DNA of 5,605 bases from a virus (taxonomy: Duplodnaviria; Heunggongvirae; Uroviricota; Caudoviricetes), in the IMG/VR virus record IMGVR_UViG_2711768053_000011, positions 1-5,605 of that record. One strand, written 5' to 3'. Under the pieces are notes generated by a model that was not told the origin of the DNA, did not search any database, and was given only the letters and a program-made list of their open reading frames with translations. This document shows, in pieces, positions 1-5,605 of this stretch. A program made the position numbers and the translations under genes. How positions within the stretch are numbered: position 1 is the first letter of the stretch; each line of letters opens with the position of its first letter.

Positions 1-356
1 GCTTCCGCGCTCTGCTGCGCCTGCGCCACCATTTCCTCAAAGCGTTTCACTACATCCGGCTTTAAATCGCCTTCATCAAGGGCAGTCAGAAAGTCGTTCA
101 GCGTGCCGGGCTTTGAGTCGTCGTAAACAGCAATGTCGCCAACACAGTACTCGTCGCGCCAGTCCTGTTTCAGATATACGCAATATTTTCCGGTCTGCGC
201 CTTAAAACAGTACTCGCCACAGTTTCCTGTCACCACGTCGGCAACTGTGCGCATCACCACTTCTGAGGTGTTTACCCGGGATTTCAGAATTATGTGGCAT
301 CCGGACATGGGGATGCCTGCGCCATCAATCAGCGCACCTGATATCACTACAGACAT
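1..356 (-). CDS. Side tail fibre protein, N-terminal part (lambda Stf / Rac StfR-like 'prophage tail fibre N-terminal' domain); 3' end cut off by the window start
   Basis: Not in the supplied ORF track because it runs off the window. Hand translation from ATG at 354-356 gives MSVVISGALIDGAGIPMSGCHIILKSRVNTSEVVMRTVADVVTGNCGEYCFKAQTGKYCVYLKQDWRDEYCVGDIAVYDDSKPGTLNDFLTALDEGDLKPDVVKRFEEMVAQAQQSAE, open to position 3. It aligns residue for residue with the lambda Stf N-terminus as I recall it (ISG.L.DG.G.P...C.I.LK.R.N.S.VV..TV....G.Y....G.Y.V.L....G.I.VY.DS.PGTLNDFL.A..E.D..P.V..R.E.MV). An in-frame TAA at 375-377 makes this the first start; the upstream Shine-Dalgarno is weak (GAGA). Confidence 0.7.
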   Translation of the reverse strand, partial: MSVVISGALIDGAGIPMSGCHIILKSRVNTSEVVMRTVADVVTGNCGEYCFKAQTGKYCVYLKQDWRDEYCVGDIAVYDDSKPGTLNDFLTALDEGDLKPDVVKRFEEMVAQAQQSAE

Positions 357-379
357 AGTTTTTCTCGCGATAAATTAAA

Positions 380-910
380 TCAGGAAGAGGCTTCCGGAGA
401 GACGGGCCATTCAATGGCGTTATATGAGGTTTTATCAGTGATAATGTTGAAATCCATCGCCTGTAACTCCTTTGCGTAAATACGCCAGGCTTTCAGCTTT
501 TCTTTTTCTTCATCGCTGATGATTCCCAGAAGTAAATCCGTCTTCTTATCGGATATTTCCCGTTCGGCAATCGCAGTAAGACGTGCACGCTCCGACTCTG
601 CCTGCAGCCTGTAGTCAACAGGGACCGGCAGTACTTCACCGTCTTTGTAATACCAGCGCGCTTCTATACAAAAGTCATCCGGTAGTTCATCCACTTCCAC
701 AATGGTAAAACCAACGGGATAAAGACGGGATACATCTTCCGCCATGGAATAAATAACGCCGGTTTCAGGATGCGTGCACAGTTTGTATTTCTTTGTGAAT
801 TTATCCAGTGAGTCGTAAAAATCCTGTCCGTCTTCACTGCGGAAATACTGAACACCTTCACCATAAGGCATGTTTTCCGGGTAATAACGCGTGACATTTC
901 TGAGTTCCAT
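380..910 (-). CDS. Tail fibre assembly chaperone (Tfa; P2 gpG / Mu U / lambda Tfa family)
   Basis: 176 aa from ATG at 908-910 (MELRNVTRYYPENMPYGEGVQYF...). The C-terminus KLKAWRIYAKELQAMDFNIITDKTSYNAIEWPVSPE fits the conserved Tfa C-terminal pattern (W..Y...L...D.......I.WP..P). It sits immediately downstream of the tail fibre gene and has a strong AAGGAG Shine-Dalgarno 6 nt upstream. The longer track ORF starting at 946 would overlap the tail fibre gene and lacks an SD. Confidence 0.85.
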   Translation of the reverse strand: MELRNVTRYYPENMPYGEGVQYFRSEDGQDFYDSLDKFTKKYKLCTHPETGVIYSMAEDVSRLYPVGFTIVEVDELPDDFCIEARWYYKDGEVLPVPVDYRLQAESERARLTAIAEREISDKKTDLLLGIISDEEKEKLKAWRIYAKELQAMDFNIITDKTSYNAIEWPVSPEASS

Positions 911-916
911 TATTTT

Positions 917-922
917 CTCCTT
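917..922 (-). promoter_or_regulatory. Shine-Dalgarno (AAGGAG) for the tail fibre assembly gene, in the 14-nt gap between the tail fibre stop (925-927) and the ATG at 910
   Basis: Minus-strand sequence TAA-TTAAGGAGAAAATA-ATG read directly from 908-927. Confidence 0.7.
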
Positions 923-924
923 AA

Positions 925-1962
925 TTAACCTGATACGGATCGCCATGCACCATTAATATAAATCTGAGCCTGTTTGTAATACACGCCACCGATATTATCT
1001 GCAGAGTTACTGCCAGTGTCCTGAACATTAATGCCTGACAAAACACAACCAGAAGGTGCCCGAAACGTCCAGCTGCGCTCATTCCCACCAGGGTTGTAAA
1101 ACACCTCACTGGTGTACTGAAAATTCTGCACACCGCCTGTTCTGGTCTGGTAGCGTTCATCGAAATTGCCATAATCAGTTGGTGTTACCCTCCCTGAAAC
1201 ATTCACTGCCCGGTGACTTTGTAACGCCCCATTCTGAAAACGGAATACGTGCTGACCATTGGCATAAACATCCAGCAGGCCATCACCATTCTGTTTCAGG
1301 CCGGTATCGTTATCCCCGAAAGCAATTGAGTTTCCGCCCAGCGCGTTCTGAACGCCGATACCCAGCGCACCATTGACCTGAGAACCGCCGCCAACAGACA
1401 CTTTATGCGACATGGATATTTCACCCGTCCGCAGATTAATAGTGAACGGTCGAAGTGGACCAATATCGCCATTCTCGCCCTGACCTTCACTGGTAGGGAT
1501 AAGGTGCAGGCACTCTTCCGAACGACGAAAAATCAGACCAAAGGCTTCGTTGAAAATCCTCAGCGCATTAACACCACGGATTTTCAGTTCCCCGGTCATG
1601 GTGTCGCCATCACGCTGAACGGCATTTTTTGCCTTGTCCACCGTGGGTTTCAATCCGAGGTTTTCAACAGCCTCATCCTTATCTTCCACATCCGAAAGGT
1701 TATTTTTTATCAGCAATGCCTCTTCGTTAATTGCACCACCCACCAGTAATAATATGGCTTTATATAGCTGATCGTGTTCTTCTTTATTCAGTTCTATCCC
1801 GGCCTTCTCAATGACACCACAGATTTCCTCCTGAATGGCATCCCACATGGCACTGTTCAGCCAGGTGGCAAGACGTCCTGTGCGAAGATTTCCATCAGTA
1901 AATCCGTTCTTGCCCGGGCCAAACTTATCTTTTACCGCTGTCAGCGTATCAATCCTGTGCAT
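925..1962 (-). CDS. Tail fibre protein (Mu S / P2 gpH-like, with a P2 gpH-type C-terminal receptor-binding region)
   Basis: 345-347 aa. The C-terminal part (NALGGNSIAFGDNDTGLKQNGDGLLDVYANGQHVFRFQNG ... IYINGAWRSVSG) closely matches the P2 gpH C-terminus as I recall it (ALGGSSIVLGDNDTGFKQNGDGILDVYANSQRVFRFQNG ... KYINGTWYNV). The N-terminus (FGPGKNGFTDGNLRTGRLATW...AGIELNKEEHDQLYKAI) resembles Mu/e14-type fibre N-termini. Two in-frame ATGs lie at 1968 and 1962; the one at 1962 has GAGG 6 nt upstream (1969-1972) and is preferred. It overlaps the upstream gene by about 14 nt. Confidence 0.85.
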   Translation of the reverse strand: MHRIDTLTAVKDKFGPGKNGFTDGNLRTGRLATWLNSAMWDAIQEEICGVIEKAGIELNKEEHDQLYKAILLLVGGAINEEALLIKNNLSDVEDKDEAVENLGLKPTVDKAKNAVQRDGDTMTGELKIRGVNALRIFNEAFGLIFRRSEECLHLIPTSEGQGENGDIGPLRPFTINLRTGEISMSHKVSVGGGSQVNGALGIGVQNALGGNSIAFGDNDTGLKQNGDGLLDVYANGQHVFRFQNGALQSHRAVNVSGRVTPTDYGNFDERYQTRTGGVQNFQYTSEVFYNPGGNERSWTFRAPSGCVLSGINVQDTGSNSADNIGGVYYKQAQIYINGAWRSVSG

Positions 1963-2539
1963 CTTCATCCTCGTCTGGATAGGAAAATAAAACGACGGTG
2001 TGTGACGGACATAATTTATTAATCACGCACTCCGCAATCGTATCGCCCCACGTCCGGATCGGTGTGTTACAGGCATCCGTACATGTCTGCCACTGCGCGC
2101 CAGCATCCACTGGTAACGTCACACGCCAGAAATAACGCCAGCGATCTCCCCATTCCGGATCAGGGCTTGCATCCAGGTGCTGGAACTGTTCGATCGTCAC
2201 GCCGGTATATCCCAGCGCCTCAAGCTGATCCAGGAAGAACTGCTCATTTATGCCACCAGCCACATTGGCTTTTGCTTCAAGACGTTGCTGACGCTGGCGT
2301 AATGTCTGGGTTCCGACAGGGGAACAGGAATCAGGTAAACCATACAATTCTTCATAACGTTCAATCAGCTCTGTGGACTGACCGGGATCGATTTCAATCA
2401 CCAGTTCATCAGCCCGCTGGTGAACACGCACAAGCGATGGTGCCAGACCGTCAAGCACACCGTCGGTATCTGACCATGCAGGTCCCGGCGGCATCAGGCC
2501 ATACAACAATTTTGTATAATCATCCTGTAACGTATCCAT
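1949..2539 (-). CDS. Baseplate/tail protein of the DUF2313 family (YmfQ-like; Mu gp48 / P2 gpI position)
   Basis: 196 aa (MDTLQDDYTKLLYGLMPPGPAWSD...), with size and N-terminal pattern typical of YmfQ/DUF2313 proteins and placed between the J-like gene and the tail fibre gene. Its ATG at 2537-2539 overlaps the upstream stop (TAATG), and AAGGAG lies 6 nt upstream (2546-2551). Confidence 0.8.
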   Translation of the reverse strand: MDTLQDDYTKLLYGLMPPGPAWSDTDGVLDGLAPSLVRVHQRADELVIEIDPGQSTELIERYEELYGLPDSCSPVGTQTLRQRQQRLEAKANVAGGINEQFFLDQLEALGYTGVTIEQFQHLDASPDPEWGDRWRYFWRVTLPVDAGAQWQTCTDACNTPIRTWGDTIAECVINKLCPSHTVVLFSYPDEDEDAQD

Positions 2540-3621
2540 TATTTACTCCTTACCGGGTCATAAGCCTGCCATGTGATCTCCCCGAGTACCGGAAGCTCTG
2601 TTTCCCCCAGGTCAATATCCGATGAAGGGTCGATGAGTCGATGGGCCACCTCGCCTGCAGATAAACTGATAGCCTCGCTGATCCTGGACAGATACATGCG
2701 CCCTTCCGGCACACCATCCCGGAACATCAGCGCATTCAGTTCTGATTTTATTGCCGCCCTGATCTGCGGTGTGTCTTTCGATAACGCAATCGTCATCGGA
2801 ATGACTTTTTCTGTGGCACCGAATACATACAATCCGCTTCCGGCAACAGGTGCCAGAGGAAGGATGTGGTCCCTGACTGCGTTAATCACGCTTTCATCCG
2901 GGGCCGGGTGTTCCGGATCGTTTGTCGCCACCATCACGCCAACCGTTCCAATCCCTTTCCAGTGTCTGAAAGTCCATGCACGGTTAATACCCTGAACTTC
3001 TTTCGCCCAGATAACATAATCAGGGTCTGCGCCCCCCTGTGGAATGTAGTAATAACGTTCCATAACGCGGGCACGCCATATTTCCAGATTTTCAATATCT
3101 TCACCGTCTGTAATGGTGTCTGCGTACCCTGTGGACGGCAGACCACTGACGGGTGTTCCCAGCTGCATGGCAATACCATCATCCGTATTCCCCGCCGATC
3201 CCGGTTCGTCTGCCACAACAGGCACCCGGAGAAGACCATCGGCTGCGGTCACCGTCGCCGTCGTGGTGAAGGTCACCTGATCATCACGCTGGATCTGCGT
3301 TCCCGCTGGCAATACCGGCGTCCCCTCTACGCCATCCCAGCGCACAAATCCCCGGGCTGCCACCGCATCTTTTCGCGGGCAGCGTTTGATTCTGGCGTGC
3401 CGGTACAGCCAGTCTTCATCACACATGTCCGGCAACAGATTTCTGGCAAGATAATCGATATACCCGTACAACGTGTGTACGGCTGCAGCCTGTACACGGG
3501 CATACACTTCCGCATCCATACGACGAAGCAGCGTATCCTGCTCAAAGCGGGTTAATAAATCGCTCCGGATCATAGAAATAAGTTGCGGGAGGCCGGGGCG
3601 ATAAAACTGACTGTCAGCCAT
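2539..3621 (-). CDS. Baseplate J-like protein (Mu gp47 / P2 gpJ family)
   Basis: 360 aa, of the expected size and position between the GP46-like and DUF2313 genes. GGAG lies 8 nt upstream of the ATG (3630-3633). The start overlaps the upstream stop by 8 nt (ATGGCTGA). Confidence 0.8.
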   Translation of the reverse strand: MADSQFYRPGLPQLISMIRSDLLTRFEQDTLLRRMDAEVYARVQAAAVHTLYGYIDYLARNLLPDMCDEDWLYRHARIKRCPRKDAVAARGFVRWDGVEGTPVLPAGTQIQRDDQVTFTTTATVTAADGLLRVPVVADEPGSAGNTDDGIAMQLGTPVSGLPSTGYADTITDGEDIENLEIWRARVMERYYYIPQGGADPDYVIWAKEVQGINRAWTFRHWKGIGTVGVMVATNDPEHPAPDESVINAVRDHILPLAPVAGSGLYVFGATEKVIPMTIALSKDTPQIRAAIKSELNALMFRDGVPEGRMYLSRISEAISLSAGEVAHRLIDPSSDIDLGETELPVLGEITWQAYDPVRSK

Positions 3622-4027
3622 TCAGTTCACTCCAGATATCATCAAAAATAATGTTGTGAATATTGCCGTCACGCTGGTAAATGGTAATGGCAAGTGCCAG
3701 CGAGTCTGTCCCGGTCCTGACAGCGTTAATATCAAGACGGGAAGCAGCACCATCCTCCACCATCCACGCCAGCGCTTCACGGGCATAATCTCTGGCAAGC
3801 TGCGGGGTTTTATTTGTCAGCTTGCTGCGTCGCAACAGATACAGACGCGACCCCGTGCGATCATTCTGAACCGCAGGCCAGGTATCCCCCCACCATCCAA
3901 ATATCTGCGGTGCATCATCATCACGCCCTGCACGCCGCCAGGTAAAAAGCGAAATAATCACAGCACGCGTCAGAAGGTCGAGCGAAGCCCCGGTCGACAC
4001 GGTTCGCCCGTTAACATTAATCATCAT
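3614..4027 (-). CDS. Phage GP46-family baseplate protein (Mu gp46-like, small gp25/W-like wedge protein)
   Basis: 137 aa containing the GWWGD and GSRLYLL motifs that I recall as characteristic of the Phage_GP46 family, and located between the V and J genes. There are tandem ATGs at 4027 and 4024; no strong SD is present, so translational coupling to V is likely (the V stop is 5 nt upstream). Confidence 0.8.
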   Translation of the reverse strand: MMINVNGRTVSTGASLDLLTRAVIISLFTWRRAGRDDDAPQIFGWWGDTWPAVQNDRTGSRLYLLRRSKLTNKTPQLARDYAREALAWMVEDGAASRLDINAVRTGTDSLALAITIYQRDGNIHNIIFDDIWSELNG

Positions 4028-4032
4028 GATTT

Positions 4033-4566
4033 TCAGCCCATCGGTTGATCTGGCGTGTCAGTGATCCCACCACCATCACCATTTTCGGTGTGTTTGTGGG
4101 CATTGTAGGTCTGCCGCATTTGCTGCATGCTGAGTCCGCCACTGTCGCAATTGTCAGTAATATCAGCGGTGGATTCGACAGGCATTTCAAAGCGCGCTTT
4201 AGGCGCGTTTTGAAAAATAATGGGCTTCCCGCCCCCGTTCACCACAATGCCGGAACGAGTCAGGACAACGGATTGCCCCTGATCGTCATAAAGCGCCACT
4301 TCCCCACGTTTCAGTCCTTTCAACCGGTAACGTCTGTCAGCCACGACCACAACCACACCATGCGAACGATCGCCCGCCGGGAATAAAGCAACGCCCTCAG
4401 CACCGTTCTGTGCGGCAGATGTAAAACCATAAGGTTCAAGGTGCTCAACGTGTTGTTTCTGATCTCCGGCTATCATTTTCAACCCTACAGACTGACACTT
4501 TCTGGCGGAATCCACCGCCGTGATGACAGCCCGGGAAATCAGATTGCGAAGAGAAAACCCGTTCAT
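4033..4566 (-). CDS. Baseplate assembly protein V / central spike (Mu gp45 / P2 gpV family)
   Basis: 177 aa with N-terminal RAVITAVD, a GVALFPAGDRSHGVVV OB-fold-like core and a C-terminal H-K-H ... GDGGG apex motif typical of gpV-type spikes. A strong GAGGAGG Shine-Dalgarno lies 7 nt upstream, and the ATG overlaps the hub stop (TGATG). Confidence 0.85.
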   Translation of the reverse strand: MNGFSLRNLISRAVITAVDSARKCQSVGLKMIAGDQKQHVEHLEPYGFTSAAQNGAEGVALFPAGDRSHGVVVVVADRRYRLKGLKRGEVALYDDQGQSVVLTRSGIVVNGGGKPIIFQNAPKARFEMPVESTADITDNCDSGGLSMQQMRQTYNAHKHTENGDGGGITDTPDQPMG

Positions 4567-5447
4567 CAGAAATCCTCCTCAACATTTTTTTTCTTCCTGG
4601 CGGTAACAGGCTCGGGGAGATAAGCATCTGCCGGGCCAACCCGTAATTCAGTCGTCGTGCCCCGGTCGTCCTGGTTATAGGTGACTTCTGCGATCACCAG
4701 TTCATCATTATCAAAATTATTCAGCGGGTCGAAAACGATGACAGATAACCCCGGACGCCATAACGCGCCACTGCCCTGCCGCCAGCCCTGAACTGTATAT
4801 GTTGTCTCACGGGTAAGTGCAGCCCGTTGGCGCGCTTCAAATTCACAACGGGCCTTACAGGTTGCTGTCGTTGCTGTGCCTGACTGCTGAATCAACAAAG
4901 GGCGATAACGGGTCACACCACTGTCCTGAATAGTCTGTCGTATTGCGGCAATGGTGGCCTCACCAAAATCATCGTCGTTGCCCGGTCGCTGCCCACTGAC
5001 CTGATATTCAGAAAACCGCTCTCTGATGCTTCTTTCCGTGTCACAGGAAAGAATATTCTCTCCCAGAACCAGCGCCGTCGCCGCTTTACCTGTTCCGGGT
5101 TTTCCCAGAACCAGTCGCCCGCATTCATCGTCATAAGCCAGCGTCTGAACCTGCCCCAGTAACCGGTTAAGACAATCGGCAACGGTTTCGCCGTGTTCCG
5201 GCTGGGCATCAATCACCGCTGTCTGCGGCACGCCAGCATCAACAACGGTGATGCCAAATGGCGCAGCCAGTTCACTGACTATTCTGAGCAGGTTTTTTCC
5301 GCTCTGCTGGAGTGGCAAAGCAGAGCAGTCAACCAGATCGGCTGTTTTGCTTCGCCCGACAATCCCCATGCTGACGCTGCTGGCGTCATAACGAAGCGGT
5401 AACGCCTCCACATATCCGGTGAGCACGGGCTCATCCCCGATAAGCAC
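4566..5447 (-). CDS. Baseplate hub-like protein (Mu gp44 / P2 gpD-like position); 5' boundary uncertain, frame open up to 5570
   Basis: 293 aa if started at GTG 5445-5447 (the track start). Its position directly upstream of V matches Mu gp44. The same frame stays open 41 codons further upstream (PLSVLVRVINRIARDFNVAITTRWPGSRDYQPRIKNGELVEV) with no ATG, GTG or TTG, up to an in-frame TGA at 5571-5573. The family assignment rests on gene order and loose similarity only. Confidence 0.55.
   Translation of the reverse strand: MLIGDEPVLTGYVEALPLRYDASSVSMGIVGRSKTADLVDCSALPLQQSGKNLLRIVSELAAPFGITVVDAGVPQTAVIDAQPEHGETVADCLNRLLGQVQTLAYDDECGRLVLGKPGTGKAATALVLGENILSCDTERSIRERFSEYQVSGQRPGNDDDFGEATIAAIRQTIQDSGVTRYRPLLIQQSGTATTATCKARCEFEARQRAALTRETTYTVQGWRQGSGALWRPGLSVIVFDPLNNFDNDELVIAEVTYNQDDRGTTTELRVGPADAYLPEPVTARKKKNVEEDF
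4574..4580 (-). promoter_or_regulatory. Shine-Dalgarno (GAGGAGG) for the V gene, embedded in the 3' end of the hub gene
   Basis: Minus-strand sequence GTTGAGGAGGATTTCTGATG read directly; spacing to the ATG is 7 nt. Confidence 0.7.
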
Positions 5448-5605
5448 TTCAACCAGCTCACCATTTTTTATCCGGGGTTGATAATCCCGGCTTCCGGGCC
5501 AGCGGGTGGTAATGGCGACATTAAAATCCCGGGCAATACGGTTAATGACCCGAACTAAAACGGACAGAGGTCACGCCGACCCATTAGCTAACGACAACCG
5601 CAACA

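Noticed and set aside
133-378. Plus-strand ORF of 81 aa from the supplied track
   Set aside because: It lies entirely antisense to the Stf-like N-terminal coding sequence, which has strong recognisable similarity. The translation is compositionally odd and has no motif, so it is taken as a spurious shadow ORF.
384-396. Small hairpin (GGAAG-agg-CTTCC) overlapping the Tfa stop codon, as a possible intrinsic terminator
   Set aside because: The stem is only 5 bp, the downstream tract is AT-rich but not a clean U-run, and a gene begins 25 nt later on the same strand. At most it is a weak attenuator.
911-946. Longer start for the tail fibre assembly gene at 946 (188-aa version)
   Set aside because: It would overlap the tail fibre gene by 22 nt and has no Shine-Dalgarno, whereas the ATG at 910 is preceded by AAGGAG at ideal spacing.
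925-1400. Diversity-generating retroelement variable region in the fibre C-terminus
   Set aside because: There is no reverse transcriptase gene and no recognisable template repeat in the window. The fibre C-terminus instead matches the conserved P2 gpH-type domain. Repeat detection was by eye only.
380-1968. Gin/Pin/Hin-type invertible segment with alternative fibre C-termini
   Set aside because: I looked for crossover sites of the gix/hix type (AAACC..GGTTT dyad) and for an oppositely oriented chaperone and fibre C-terminal cassette. Neither is present: the downstream gene is co-directional and carries its own N-terminus. An invertase could still exist outside the window.
4585-4592. Run of eight T (A8 on the coding strand) near the 3' end of the hub gene as a programmed frameshift or slippage site
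   Set aside because: It encodes the KKK of ...RKKKNVEEDF. A -1 slip runs into TGA after two codons and a +1 slip does not enter the V frame, so no fusion product is plausible. It may still be a mutational hotspot.
1056-5402. Plus-strand ORFs in the track (1056-1376, 1405-1749, 1774-2022, 2062-2625, 2573-2995, 2866-3555, 3656-4048, 4045-4386, 4441-4623, 5193-5402)
   Set aside because: All are antisense to well-supported structural genes. Their translations are rich in Arg, His, Cys and Pro, as is typical of antisense reading of GC-rich coding DNA, and none has a credible Shine-Dalgarno or a recognisable domain.
664-5464. Nested minus-strand ORFs in alternative frames (664-897, 921-1172, 1296-1490, 2934-3239, 3327-3545, 4445-4639, 4913-5212, 5279-5464)
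   Set aside because: They are out-of-frame overlaps inside the eight called genes, with no independent evidence for any of them.

Overview
The window is the distal end of a late structural (baseplate and tail-fibre) operon from a contractile-tailed prophage, almost certainly enterobacterial, with every credible gene on the minus strand. Read 5' to 3' on that strand (high to low coordinates) the order is: baseplate hub-like protein, spike/assembly protein V, GP46-family protein, baseplate J-like protein, DUF2313 (YmfQ-like) protein, tail fibre, tail fibre assembly chaperone, then the start of a second, lambdoid Stf-type side tail fibre gene that runs off the window at position 1. This order matches the Mu gp44-gp50 arrangement, with a P2 gpH-like tail-fibre C-terminus. 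Genes are tightly packed with overlapping stop/start codons (TGATG at 4564-4568, TAATG at 2537-2541, ATGGCTGA at 3614-3621). All protein assignments rest on my recollection of family motifs and on gene order and size; no database search was run. I did not find a convincing defence system, RNA gene, CRISPR array, mobile element or invertible segment. The points most worth a second look are the tandem second tail-fibre gene, an unresolved 5' boundary of the hub gene with an in-frame TGA, and a sharp compositional shift over the tail-fibre/chaperone module. The plus-strand ORFs in the supplied track all lie antisense to these genes and are treated as spurious.
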